From Bacillota bacterium (lineage in GTDB: Bacteria > Bacillota > Sulfobacillia > JAJYWN01 > JAJZPE01), in the NCBI GenBank assembly GCA_021787335.1, contig JAJYMC010000054.1:26572-90571 (forward strand): a stretch of 64,000 nt of DNA, written 5' to 3'. The notes under the pieces are model-generated. The model saw only the letters and a list, made by a program, of their open reading frames with translations, was not told the origin of the DNA and ran no database searches. The position numbers were made by a program, and so were the translations under genes. Positions within the stretch are counted from its first letter, which is position 1, and each line of letters opens with the position of its first letter. Shown here piece after piece: positions 17,159-25,379 of the stretch.

Positions 17159-18406
17159 TCAATCGAAGACGAAGGTGGCCTTGATGAGACCGTTGCCGCC
17201 CTTGTCGAGGGCGGTCTCGAACGCTTGCCGATAATCAGCCAGGGCGAAGCGGTGGGTCAGGAGGCCGACGAAAGGAACGGCTCGCGCGGACATCAGTTGA
17301 AGGGCCTTTTCGAAGCTCGAGACGGCCTGCCCATCGATGTCCTCGAGCCCGCTGGCATAGGTGCCGGCGATGGTCAGCTGGCTCTGCCAGACGCGGCTCC
17401 AGTCCACCCCGCTGGGTATCGAGGCCAGTCCGGCCAGGACGACCCGTCCGCCTGAACCGGCCAACCGTAACGCGTCGCTGATGCTCCGCGAGTTGCCCAC
17501 GCACTCGTAGATCAATCCCGGACCCCCGCGGATGACCGGCGGCCCAAGAATCGGCCGGTGGACGGAGGCTCCGACCAGAGAGGCCACCTTGCGGTCGTAA
17601 TCGCCCCGCGCCCGGACCACTTCGTCGGCCCCCATCCGCGCGGCTGCTTCGCCCTGATGCTCGTGGCGGGCCAGGGCGATGATCCGGTTCTTGTGGCCGA
17701 GGGCGCGCAGGGAGGCGATGACGCCCAAGCCGATGATGCCGGCCCCGACGACCAGGACGACCTCGCCGTCCGCCGGCCGGTGGCGGGCCACCGCGTGCAG
17801 CGAGCACGACAGGGGTTCGACGAGGACGGCTTCCTCGTCGCTCAGATCATCGGGGATGTGGTGCAACTGGGTCTCGTGGGCGACGAAGGACTCGCTCCAA
17901 CCGCCTCCGGTGTCGCGGCAGTTCCCGATGAGCATCCCGCGGGCGAGGTCACCCCGGGTGAAGTTGTCGCAGATGGAGAAGTCTCCCCGCTGGCAGTGCG
18001 GGCAGGGGGGCTCGATCTCCCTGGCCTCGCAGGCCAGCAGGGGGTCTACGGCCACGCGGTCGCCGGGTTGGAAGCCCTTGACCGCCGGACCGACCTCGCC
18101 TACAGTACCGACGTTCTCATGCCCGACGGTGAACGGGAACGAGACGAACGGCGAGAGCGACGGGCTATTGTGCAACCTGATAAGGTTCAGGTCGCTGCCG
18201 CAGATGCCGGCCAGACGCGTGCGGACCCGGACCCAACGCTGGCCGGGCAGGCGCGGCTCGGGCACGTCGCGATAGAGCAGGTTGCCGAGCGAGCTCAGGT
18301 GGATACCCGGATAGACCTGGCCGAGGGCCTTCCCCAGGGCGTAGCGGAACTTGCTGTCGGTGAACTGGAGCGCCTTCAGAGCGCCATCCCCCCATCGCCC
18401 CGGCAT
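17159..18406 (-). CDS. zinc-binding alcohol dehydrogenase (MDR superfamily)
   Basis: 415 aa with GICGSDLN catalytic-zinc motif, structural-zinc Cys cluster and GxGxxG Rossmann motif. Confidence 0.85.
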   Translation of the reverse strand: MPGRWGDGALKALQFTDSKFRYALGKALGQVYPGIHLSSLGNLLYRDVPEPRLPGQRWVRVRTRLAGICGSDLNLIRLHNSPSLSPFVSFPFTVGHENVGTVGEVGPAVKGFQPGDRVAVDPLLACEAREIEPPCPHCQRGDFSICDNFTRGDLARGMLIGNCRDTGGGWSESFVAHETQLHHIPDDLSDEEAVLVEPLSCSLHAVARHRPADGEVVLVVGAGIIGLGVIASLRALGHKNRIIALARHEHQGEAAARMGADEVVRARGDYDRKVASLVGASVHRPILGPPVIRGGPGLIYECVGNSRSISDALRLAGSGGRVVLAGLASIPSGVDWSRVWQSQLTIAGTYASGLEDIDGQAVSSFEKALQLMSARAVPFVGLLTHRFALADYRQAFETALDKGGNGLIKATFVFD

Positions 18407-18570
18407 CGATACTTGCTGTGGGAATTTTTCGATGAACGGTCGCGGTCTCCTACCGATGGGCGGTCCTTGGCTTCAGGGAATTATTCGTTTCGGGCGAATG
18501 GATGCGGCGATACCGTGGGAATCCGCTCATTCCGCGGCCACTGGCGCTGTCGCCCGGGCCCTGCGCCCTG

Positions 18571-19041
18571 TCAACGTGGTAGAAGACCGGCCCGATGCGC
18601 TTCGACCAGGCGACTCAGAATGGGTTTGATGGGCGGGGCGGTGTCCTTGGGCAGGGCCTCAAGCTCAAAGAAACGGACCTCCAGTCCCTCACCGTCCCGC
18701 GGTGAAACTTCGCCGTGGAAGTACCGGGTCAGGTAGGCGACGGTGACGTTCCATACCTCGTCGCCGTTAGGTTAATGGTGGAACAGACCGGGCCCGGAAA
18801 AGACACCGAAGAGAGTCAGGTCCCCGAGCTCCAGGCCGGTCTCCTCGGCAGTCTCGCGGCGAGCGGTGGTCTCGGTGTCCTCACCGGGATCGGTGCCCCC
18901 GCCAGGGACCCCCCAGGCCCCTGAGTCGGTGCGGCGTTGCATCAGCAGTCGGTCCCGCTCATCGAGGACAATTGCGCAAGCACCGGCGAGGACCAGGGGA
19001 CGATGTCCGATCAAGGCCCGCAGTTCTGCGATGTAGCTCAT
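18571..19041 (-). pseudogene. NUDIX hydrolase interrupted by in-frame TAA (at 18772-18774)
   Basis: Nudix box GGGTDPGEDTETTARRETAEETG lies upstream of the stop. The same reading frame continues after TAA (PNGDEVWNVTVAYL...AHRAGLLPR*) to TGA at 18571-18573. Confidence 0.6.
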
Positions 19042-19071
19042 GAGAACCTCCGCGTGATGGGCGTGCTCGAA

Positions 19072-20658
19072 TCAAAAGGTATATTGACCCGGGTCGGGAT
19101 GGGCCGGCGGGAAGAGGACGCCGAAGGCATGCTTGACCGCGCGGGGCAGGTTGAGCTCGGTCAGAAGGTCTTCGCCGGGCCAGGAGCAGCCCAGGGCGAG
19201 GCGGGTCAGCGCCTGCGGCGTCAGGCGGAGGTTCGGGCGCCAATCGACCGGGCGGACCGCGACGCCGTCGTAGTCGTATACCAGCGACACGCTCTGGCCG
19301 CCAAGGTCTATGGCGATGGTCCCGACCCCGTCACCACCCCGGTCGACCCACCGGGACGAGAGGACCGGTTCGAGGGATTTCAGGAAGGCGTACGGCGCCA
19401 CCACCTTGGTGAATCCGGCGTTGGGCCGGACCATGCGGAAGCTGCCGCGGGCCCGCATGCCCGCCCGGGCCAAGCGATTGCCGGGTCCGGCGACGATGGC
19501 GAACTCCTCCGTACCCCGCGCGGTCGCCCGCCGGGCGAGGTCTTGCAGGGCGCGGTCGGCCGCTTCGTCATCGGCCGCGGCGCCGTCCGTTACGACCATC
19601 CGCCCTTCCCTTTCGTCGATGTAGGCATGTGCGGTTGGCGTCCCACCGTGCCGCAGGACGAACAGCCGCGCAGGGTCGGGGAAGGGCCGGTGGACCAGCT
19701 CGGCCCTTTTCACGTTATCGACGGCGATCTCACGGCGCCACCAGTCGAGCGGGCGGACCGGGGCGAGACAACCGCGGGAGGCCTCGCGGCCCCACAGTTC
19801 GGCCAGGCCCGGGGCATCTGCCGCCACGACCGGTTCCATGGTCTCGCCGGGTGGCTCACCGACCTCGCCGCCCTTCCCGGCGGCCCCAAGCACACGGTCG
19901 GGCCGGACGACCACCTCATAGTACGGCAGGCACTTGACGAACCCGGCCCGCAGATAGTAATCGGGCACCCCGTGGAGGAGGACCAGCGTTCCGCCGTGGG
20001 CGACGACTTGTCGTTCGAGCTCCTCGATGAGCCTGACCATGTACCCGCGGCCCCGGTACTCCTTGAGCGTGGCCGCCGGGGACAGCATCCAACTGTCGAT
20101 GACCGCTCCGCCGATGTAGGTCGGGCGGGGGAACATGCCAACCAGACTGACGAGGCGACCGTCAGCCTCGCCGACCACCAGCCACTCTGGTCTGAAGTCC
20201 GGCAAATGGTAGAGGTACTCGAAGAGGTCGCGCTCGTCCGGGTTCTCCCGGACTCCGCCGTAGTAGCCGAAACGAAATGACTCCTCGATGACGTCGAGGA
20301 CCTGGGGGATGTCTTCTGCGCGGCCTGTCCGTATCCTCAGTTCGCTCACTTCATCCCTCCTTTGGCCGGTAGGCGGGTGACCAACCGTACCCTTAGCGGC
20401 CTCTTCGTGTGCCACTCCAGCCCCGGGTCGCACCGGTTCGTCGACCATGTATAGATAGCCGTCGCGCCGCCCATCGTGCCCGATCTGCCCGTCATCGTCG
20501 TACCAGAGACGGCCGGGCTGATGTGAGAAGGCCTCCGCCAGTTCCCGCCATTGGGTGATGGTACTCCCCGGGCGCAGCACTTCGAAGGCCTTGTCCGAAC
20601 CGTTGAACCATGGGCGATACCAGTCCACCCTGTCGGGCTTCATGTCCATGCCCCCCAC
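19072..20658 (-). CDS. Eis-like GNAT N-acetyltransferase with SCP2-like C-terminal domain (N-terminal extension of unknown function)
   Basis: 528 aa with a GNAT core (IRTGRAEDIPQVLDVIEESF...) and Eis-type tandem architecture. Start uncertain. Confidence 0.55.
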   Translation of the reverse strand: MGGMDMKPDRVDWYRPWFNGSDKAFEVLRPGSTITQWRELAEAFSHQPGRLWYDDDGQIGHDGRRDGYLYMVDEPVRPGAGVAHEEAAKGTVGHPPTGQRRDEVSELRIRTGRAEDIPQVLDVIEESFRFGYYGGVRENPDERDLFEYLYHLPDFRPEWLVVGEADGRLVSLVGMFPRPTYIGGAVIDSWMLSPAATLKEYRGRGYMVRLIEELERQVVAHGGTLVLLHGVPDYYLRAGFVKCLPYYEVVVRPDRVLGAAGKGGEVGEPPGETMEPVVAADAPGLAELWGREASRGCLAPVRPLDWWRREIAVDNVKRAELVHRPFPDPARLFVLRHGGTPTAHAYIDEREGRMVVTDGAAADDEAADRALQDLARRATARGTEEFAIVAGPGNRLARAGMRARGSFRMVRPNAGFTKVVAPYAFLKSLEPVLSSRWVDRGGDGVGTIAIDLGGQSVSLVYDYDGVAVRPVDWRPNLRLTPQALTRLALGCSWPGEDLLTELNLPRAVKHAFGVLFPPAHPDPGQYTF

Positions 20659-20663
20659 GGGTC

Positions 20664-21503
20664 TTATCGGCTACGTACGACCCGCCCTCCCAGCTCGCGC
20701 TCGGCCACGAGGCACAGGCTCTCGTACCGGGCCCGGTCGAACGCCGGCAGCCGGGCGAGTTCCGTCTTGACCCCGTTCGGCCGGAAGGGGATGAGCCGGA
20801 GGCGGGTGCGCCCGTCAAGCCCCTTCACCAGCCTGGCGATGGCGGTTATCTCCGCCTCGTCGTCGGTAAAGCCTTCGACGATGACCGTGCGGACCTCGTG
20901 GAGGTGCCCCTCCCGCGAGGTCCGGGCGATGTTCTCGAGGATCACCCGGTTGTCGGCCCCCGTCAGCTGGGTGTGCTTGTCCGCGTCGAGGGCCTTGAGG
21001 TCGAACATGAAGCCGTCGGTCACCGGCAGGAGGGTCTCAAGGGCCTCCTGGCTCATCTGGCCGTTGGTGTCGATGAAGGTGGTCAGGGACGTGTCCGCCT
21101 TGACCCGTCGGAAGAGTTCGGCCACGAACTCGTGCTGCAGGGTGCACTCCCCGCCGGAGACGGTCACGCCGTCGAGGAAGTCTTGGAGCTCCAGCAGCCG
21201 CGCGTGGACCTCGTTGACGTCGACCAGCCGGTACTTGGGCGAAGAGAAGTGCGGGCAGACTTTGAGACAGGTGTCGCAGCTGCGGCAACGCCCCGGGTCA
21301 TGGACGACGCGGCCGTCGACCAGGCTCAGGGCCCCGGCCGGGCAGGTGGCCACGCACTCGCCGCAGTCGACGCACACCCGCTGGGTCTCCGGGTTATGGC
21401 AATAGTTGCAGGCCAGGTTGCAGCCTTGCAGAAAGACCACAAGGCGGTTGCCCGGCCCGTCGATCAGGGAATGCTCGATTATCCTATTGACCGTCGCCTT
21501 CAC
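20664..21503 (-). CDS. yjjW: glycyl-radical enzyme activating protein (YjjW-like, extra 4Fe-4S clusters)
   Basis: GPGNRLVVFLQGCNLACNYCHNPE radical-SAM site plus two ferredoxin-like Cys clusters. The track ORF extends to 21578. The probable start is GTG at 21503, giving a short overlap with the upstream gene. Confidence 0.75.
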   Translation of the reverse strand: MKATVNRIIEHSLIDGPGNRLVVFLQGCNLACNYCHNPETQRVCVDCGECVATCPAGALSLVDGRVVHDPGRCRSCDTCLKVCPHFSSPKYRLVDVNEVHARLLELQDFLDGVTVSGGECTLQHEFVAELFRRVKADTSLTTFIDTNGQMSQEALETLLPVTDGFMFDLKALDADKHTQLTGADNRVILENIARTSREGHLHEVRTVIVEGFTDDEAEITAIARLVKGLDGRTRLRLIPFRPNGVKTELARLPAFDRARYESLCLVAERELGGRVVRSR

Positions 21504-22998
21504 GGACAGCCCTGACCCTTCTCTCCAGGGTCCGGTTGTTCTTGATGCTGTCGGCGCCGAGCTTGACGGTGCCCTCACGGACCGGCTCCCCGCGGAAGTA
21601 ACGGTCGACCTCGCACCGCTTGACGAGGTAGCCGGTGATGCGGATGAGCTCTGAGTCGGAGGTGTTCAGGGCCATGATCCGCATCCCGTTCTTCATCGCC
21701 CCCCGGACGATGCGGAGCACCCCGTCGGGGTTGTCGCGGGCGTTGGCCTCGAAGATGTAGATGTCATTGACTCCCGTATCAAAGTGGCGTTGCAGCGCGC
21801 TCTGCAGCCTGATCTGGTCGTAGAGGGCGGGCTCGTCGCCGATGCGGGAGCGGACGCCGGCCGTGACATCGACGTCGGTGTCGATGCCCGATTGGGCGTG
21901 CACGCCGAGCAGGCCGCCAAAGACCTTGCCGTAAGCCGTCTTGTGCATCTTGACGAGGTCGTGAGCCCGGCCCATGATGGCCAGGGCCATCTCGTCGGCC
22001 CCCTTGTCGTGGCCCATCCGGCGCCCGCCGGAAAAGGCCTGGACCCCTTCATAGAGCCCGAAGAAGCCGGCCATGGCGGTGAACTTGCGCCGGTCGATCA
22101 GGCCCTCCTGGGCCAGGAAGGACGACTCGAAGAAGCCGGCCTCTTCAACAATGAAGCGGATGCGGGCGTTGATCAGCTCGGCCTGAGCGTCGACGACCTC
22201 GGGGAGCACGTCGGCCATGAACTGATCGTAGTCCCGCGCCCCGCGGGCGGCTTCCTTGAGGTTCAGCCGGACCAGGGTGAAGCTGCCGCCCCCGATCTTC
22301 AGGGAGTTGTAGCAGCTGGCGATGCCGTAGTCGTCGCCGCCGAAGACGCGGCGGAGTTCCGCATGGTTGACGAAGTAGGGCTTGGAGGTGTCGAGGGCCG
22401 TGGTCACGGCCAACCGGGCGAATTCAGGCGGCGTCTCTTCGCTGAATTTCAGGGACAGGTTGGGCACGGCCTTTTTCAGTTCGCCCTCCAGTTTGAGGAC
22501 GAGCCGGCCGACGGCGGTCGCCCGGGGGCCGATGTTCATGTGGACGAAGGCGTCCGGCAACGTCCGGTCGATGTTCACCAGGAACATCCGGAGCAACCGC
22601 TCGGCCTCGGCCGGGCTGACCGTGTCGATGAAACCTTCGAGGACGTCGTCGATCTGGCCGAGGTAGACCGGGTAGCCGGTGACTGAGGGGACATTCCGGT
22701 AGAGGATGAGCAGCGCGTTGACCGCCTCGTAGAGGTCGCGGGGGGCGGGCAGGTCCAGGTGCCGGCTGCCCTGGCGGATGAACTTGACGTAATCCGGTAG
22801 GATGTAGCGCGGGCGATAGGGCGCGTGCCCCTCGCCGAGGTCGTGGAGCACCCCACTGTCCATCAGTTCCTGGACGCGCCGGCCGACCTGCAGGTAGGGC
22901 AACGAGTTCTCGGCGGCCGCGGCCAGTTCGTGCCGCTTCTGAGGGTATGTCAGGCGACGGTCTTTGACCAGTTCGATGACCTTGTCCACCCAAGCCAC
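21484..22998 (-). CDS. yjjI: YjjI-family (DUF3029) putative glycyl radical enzyme
   Basis: 504 aa with a C-terminal glycyl-radical-like motif RITGY. Located immediately upstream of its activase. Confidence 0.65.
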   Translation of the reverse strand: MAWVDKVIELVKDRRLTYPQKRHELAAAAENSLPYLQVGRRVQELMDSGVLHDLGEGHAPYRPRYILPDYVKFIRQGSRHLDLPAPRDLYEAVNALLILYRNVPSVTGYPVYLGQIDDVLEGFIDTVSPAEAERLLRMFLVNIDRTLPDAFVHMNIGPRATAVGRLVLKLEGELKKAVPNLSLKFSEETPPEFARLAVTTALDTSKPYFVNHAELRRVFGGDDYGIASCYNSLKIGGGSFTLVRLNLKEAARGARDYDQFMADVLPEVVDAQAELINARIRFIVEEAGFFESSFLAQEGLIDRRKFTAMAGFFGLYEGVQAFSGGRRMGHDKGADEMALAIMGRAHDLVKMHKTAYGKVFGGLLGVHAQSGIDTDVDVTAGVRSRIGDEPALYDQIRLQSALQRHFDTGVNDIYIFEANARDNPDGVLRIVRGAMKNGMRIMALNTSDSELIRITGYLVKRCEVDRYFRGEPVREGTVKLGADSIKNNRTLERRVRAVREGDGQ

Positions 22999-23078
22999 CT
23001 CCGATTCGATTATAGCAGACGGGGCGGCGGTGGGGTTTCCCCTCGGCTTGGTTTTCCTGCCGTCGAGCTAAATAGCCC

Positions 23079-23120
23079 TTGCCAAAGCCACGGCCTGGCT
23101 GTATATTTTGTTCTATACAG
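23079..23120 (+). promoter_or_regulatory. marR promoter (TTGCCA-17-TATATT) with overlapping 7-bp inverted repeat CTGTATA-N8-TATACAG (candidate MarR operator)
   Basis: -35 at 23079-23084, -10 at 23102-23107. The palindrome spans 23099-23120, overlapping the -10 and start region. Confidence 0.55.
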
Positions 23121-23150
23121 AACGTTTCCTGGTGAACGAGGTGAGCGTCG

Positions 23151-23606
23151 ATGCCCAGAGCGCCCAACGAGATCGGCGACTTGTGGTGGGCCATCAACCG
23201 CCGCTTGCATGACCGTTTTCGCGAGGCCTTCCGTGGGTCCGAACTGCCCCCCATGGCCCTGGTCTTCCTCCGGCAGGTCGACCACTCCCCTGGGGTGACC
23301 ATCGGCGAGTTGGCGCGGCGGTCGGGCACGGTCAAGAGCCATGTCTCGAAGATGGTCGAGCATCTGGTCCGCCAGGGCTACCTGGAGAAACGGGCCGACC
23401 CGGCCGACCAGCGCCTGGTCCGGGTATACGCCTCCAAACTGGCGGCTGAGACCAAGTCGGCGATGGAGGCGCGGGTCCGCGAGGCCTGGCTGGGAGTGAC
23501 CGGCGAGATCCCGGAGGGACAACTCGAGAGCGTCGTCGGGTCACTGCGGACCCTCCTCGAGGCCCTCGAGAGGTCCAACGCCAAAGATTGTTTGGACCGG
23601 AGTTGA
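23151..23606 (+). CDS. MarR family transcriptional regulator
   Basis: 151 aa winged-HTH MarR fold. GAGGTGA RBS. Divergent from yjjI. Confidence 0.85.
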   Translation: MPRAPNEIGDLWWAINRRLHDRFREAFRGSELPPMALVFLRQVDHSPGVTIGELARRSGTVKSHVSKMVEHLVRQGYLEKRADPADQRLVRVYASKLAAETKSAMEARVREAWLGVTGEIPEGQLESVVGSLRTLLEALERSNAKDCLDRS

Positions 23607-23621
23607 CAAAACCGGGCCCAT

Positions 23622-25379
23622 ATGGGCTCGGTCGATGGGAGATGGAGCTTCGTGATCAAGTTGTCCCGTTTTTTGAAGCCATATCGGGCCGCCGTGGCCG
23701 CCGTACTGGGCTTCGTCTTTCTGCAGACCATAGCGGAGTTGAGCCTGCCGACCCTGATGGCGGACATCATCAACACCGGGGTGATGAAGGGCGACACCAA
23801 CTATATCTGGCACGTCGGCGGACGGATGCTGCTCGTCGCCGGCGGCAGCGCCATCGCCGCCGTCCTGGTGAGCTACCTATCGGCCCGAGTCGCGTCCGGC
23901 TTCGGCCGGGACCTCCGCGGCCGGGTCTTCTCCCGCGTGGAGAGCTTCTCCCTGCACGAGTTCGATAAGATCGGCACGGCCACCCTCATCACCCGGACGA
24001 CCAACGACATCACACAGGTCCAGATGGTCACGGTGATGATCCTGCGGATGATGGTCATGGCCCCGATCATGGCCATCGGCGGCACGATCTTGGCCGTGTC
24101 CAGGGACGGCTCTCTATCGCTGATTCTCGTGGTCTCCGTTCCGCTGCTGGCCGGGGTCATCGCCCTCCTGGCCTCGCGGGCCATTCCCCTCTTCACCCTG
24201 ATGCAGACCAAGCTCGACAAGCTCAACCGGGTCCTGCGGGAAGGCCTCACTGGCATCCGCGTAATCCGCGCCTTCGACCGCGTTGACTATGAGCGCCGCC
24301 GCTTCGAGGAGGCCAATCGCGACCTGACGGCCACGGCCATCCGGGTCAACCGGATCCTGGCCATCCTCTTCCCCGTCCTGATGCTGACGATGAACTTCAC
24401 TTCCATCGCCATCGTCTGGTTCGGCGGGATCCGCATCGACAATGGGCATCTGGCCATCGGCGACATGATGGCCTTCATCCAATACGCCATGCAGATCATG
24501 TTCTCACTGGTGATGGTGTCGATGATGTTCGTCATGATCCCGCGGGCCGAGGCCTCGGCTGTCCGCGTCAATCAAATCCTCGAGACCGCCCCCGAGATCA
24601 ACGACCCAAGCCGGCCGGCATCGGCCACCGGGCAGCGCGGCCGGGTCGAGTTCAAGGACGTCACCTTCGGTTACGCCGGGGCTGAGCAGCCGGCCCTGAG
24701 CCATATCTCGTTCCGGGCGGAACCCGGTCAAGTGACGGCGGTCATCGGCGGTACCGGCTCAGGGAAGACCTCCTTGATAAGCCTGATCCCGCGATTCTAC
24801 GACGTTGACAGCGGCCAAGTCCTGGTCGACGGGGTCGATGTCCGCGAGATGACCCAGGAAGAGTTGCGGGCGAAGATCGGCTTCGTGCCGCAGAAGGCGG
24901 TCCTTTTCACCGGGACCATCGCCGATAACATCCGCTACGGTAAGGAAACGGCCACTGATGAGGAGGTCCGGCGGGCGGCCGAGGTCGCTCAGGCGACTGA
25001 GTTCATCTCCGGCATGAAGGACGGCTACGACTCGGAGATCGCGCAGGGCGGGACGAACGTCTCGGGCGGCCAGAAACAGCGCCTGTCCATCGCCCGCGCC
25101 CTGGTCAGGAAGCCTGAAGTCTACGTCTTCGATGACAGCTTCTCGGCCCTCGACTTCAAGACTGACTCGCGGCTCAGGCACGCCCTCCGGAAGGAGACGG
25201 CCGACGCCACCGTCCTCATCGTCACCCAGCGAGTCAGCACGGTCATGGACGCCGACCAGATCATCGTCCTCGACGAGGGCAAGATCGCCGGCATCGGCCG
25301 GCACAAGGAGTTGCTGACGACCTGCCCCGTTTACCGGGAAATCGTCTCGTCGCAGCTGTCCGAGGAGGAAATGGCATGA
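23622..25379 (+). CDS. ABC exporter, fused permease/ATPase (heterodimer subunit A)
   Basis: 585 aa with six TM helices, Walker A GGTGSGKTS, LSGGQKQRLSIARAL and Walker B VYVFDDSFSALD. Confidence 0.9.
   Translation: MGSVDGRWSFVIKLSRFLKPYRAAVAAVLGFVFLQTIAELSLPTLMADIINTGVMKGDTNYIWHVGGRMLLVAGGSAIAAVLVSYLSARVASGFGRDLRGRVFSRVESFSLHEFDKIGTATLITRTTNDITQVQMVTVMILRMMVMAPIMAIGGTILAVSRDGSLSLILVVSVPLLAGVIALLASRAIPLFTLMQTKLDKLNRVLREGLTGIRVIRAFDRVDYERRRFEEANRDLTATAIRVNRILAILFPVLMLTMNFTSIAIVWFGGIRIDNGHLAIGDMMAFIQYAMQIMFSLVMVSMMFVMIPRAEASAVRVNQILETAPEINDPSRPASATGQRGRVEFKDVTFGYAGAEQPALSHISFRAEPGQVTAVIGGTGSGKTSLISLIPRFYDVDSGQVLVDGVDVREMTQEELRAKIGFVPQKAVLFTGTIADNIRYGKETATDEEVRRAAEVAQATEFISGMKDGYDSEIAQGGTNVSGGQKQRLSIARALVRKPEVYVFDDSFSALDFKTDSRLRHALRKETADATVLIVTQRVSTVMDADQIIVLDEGKIAGIGRHKELLTTCPVYREIVSSQLSEEEMA

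Noticed and set aside
18407-18570. Possible riboswitch or leader upstream of the zinc ADH / AOR-cluster operon
   Set aside because: Only weak 5-bp complementarities, and no recognisable conserved riboswitch core.
17558-20280. 392-aa and 447-aa plus-strand ORFs
   Set aside because: Antisense to the zinc ADH, NUDIX and GNAT genes. Low complexity, no RBS.
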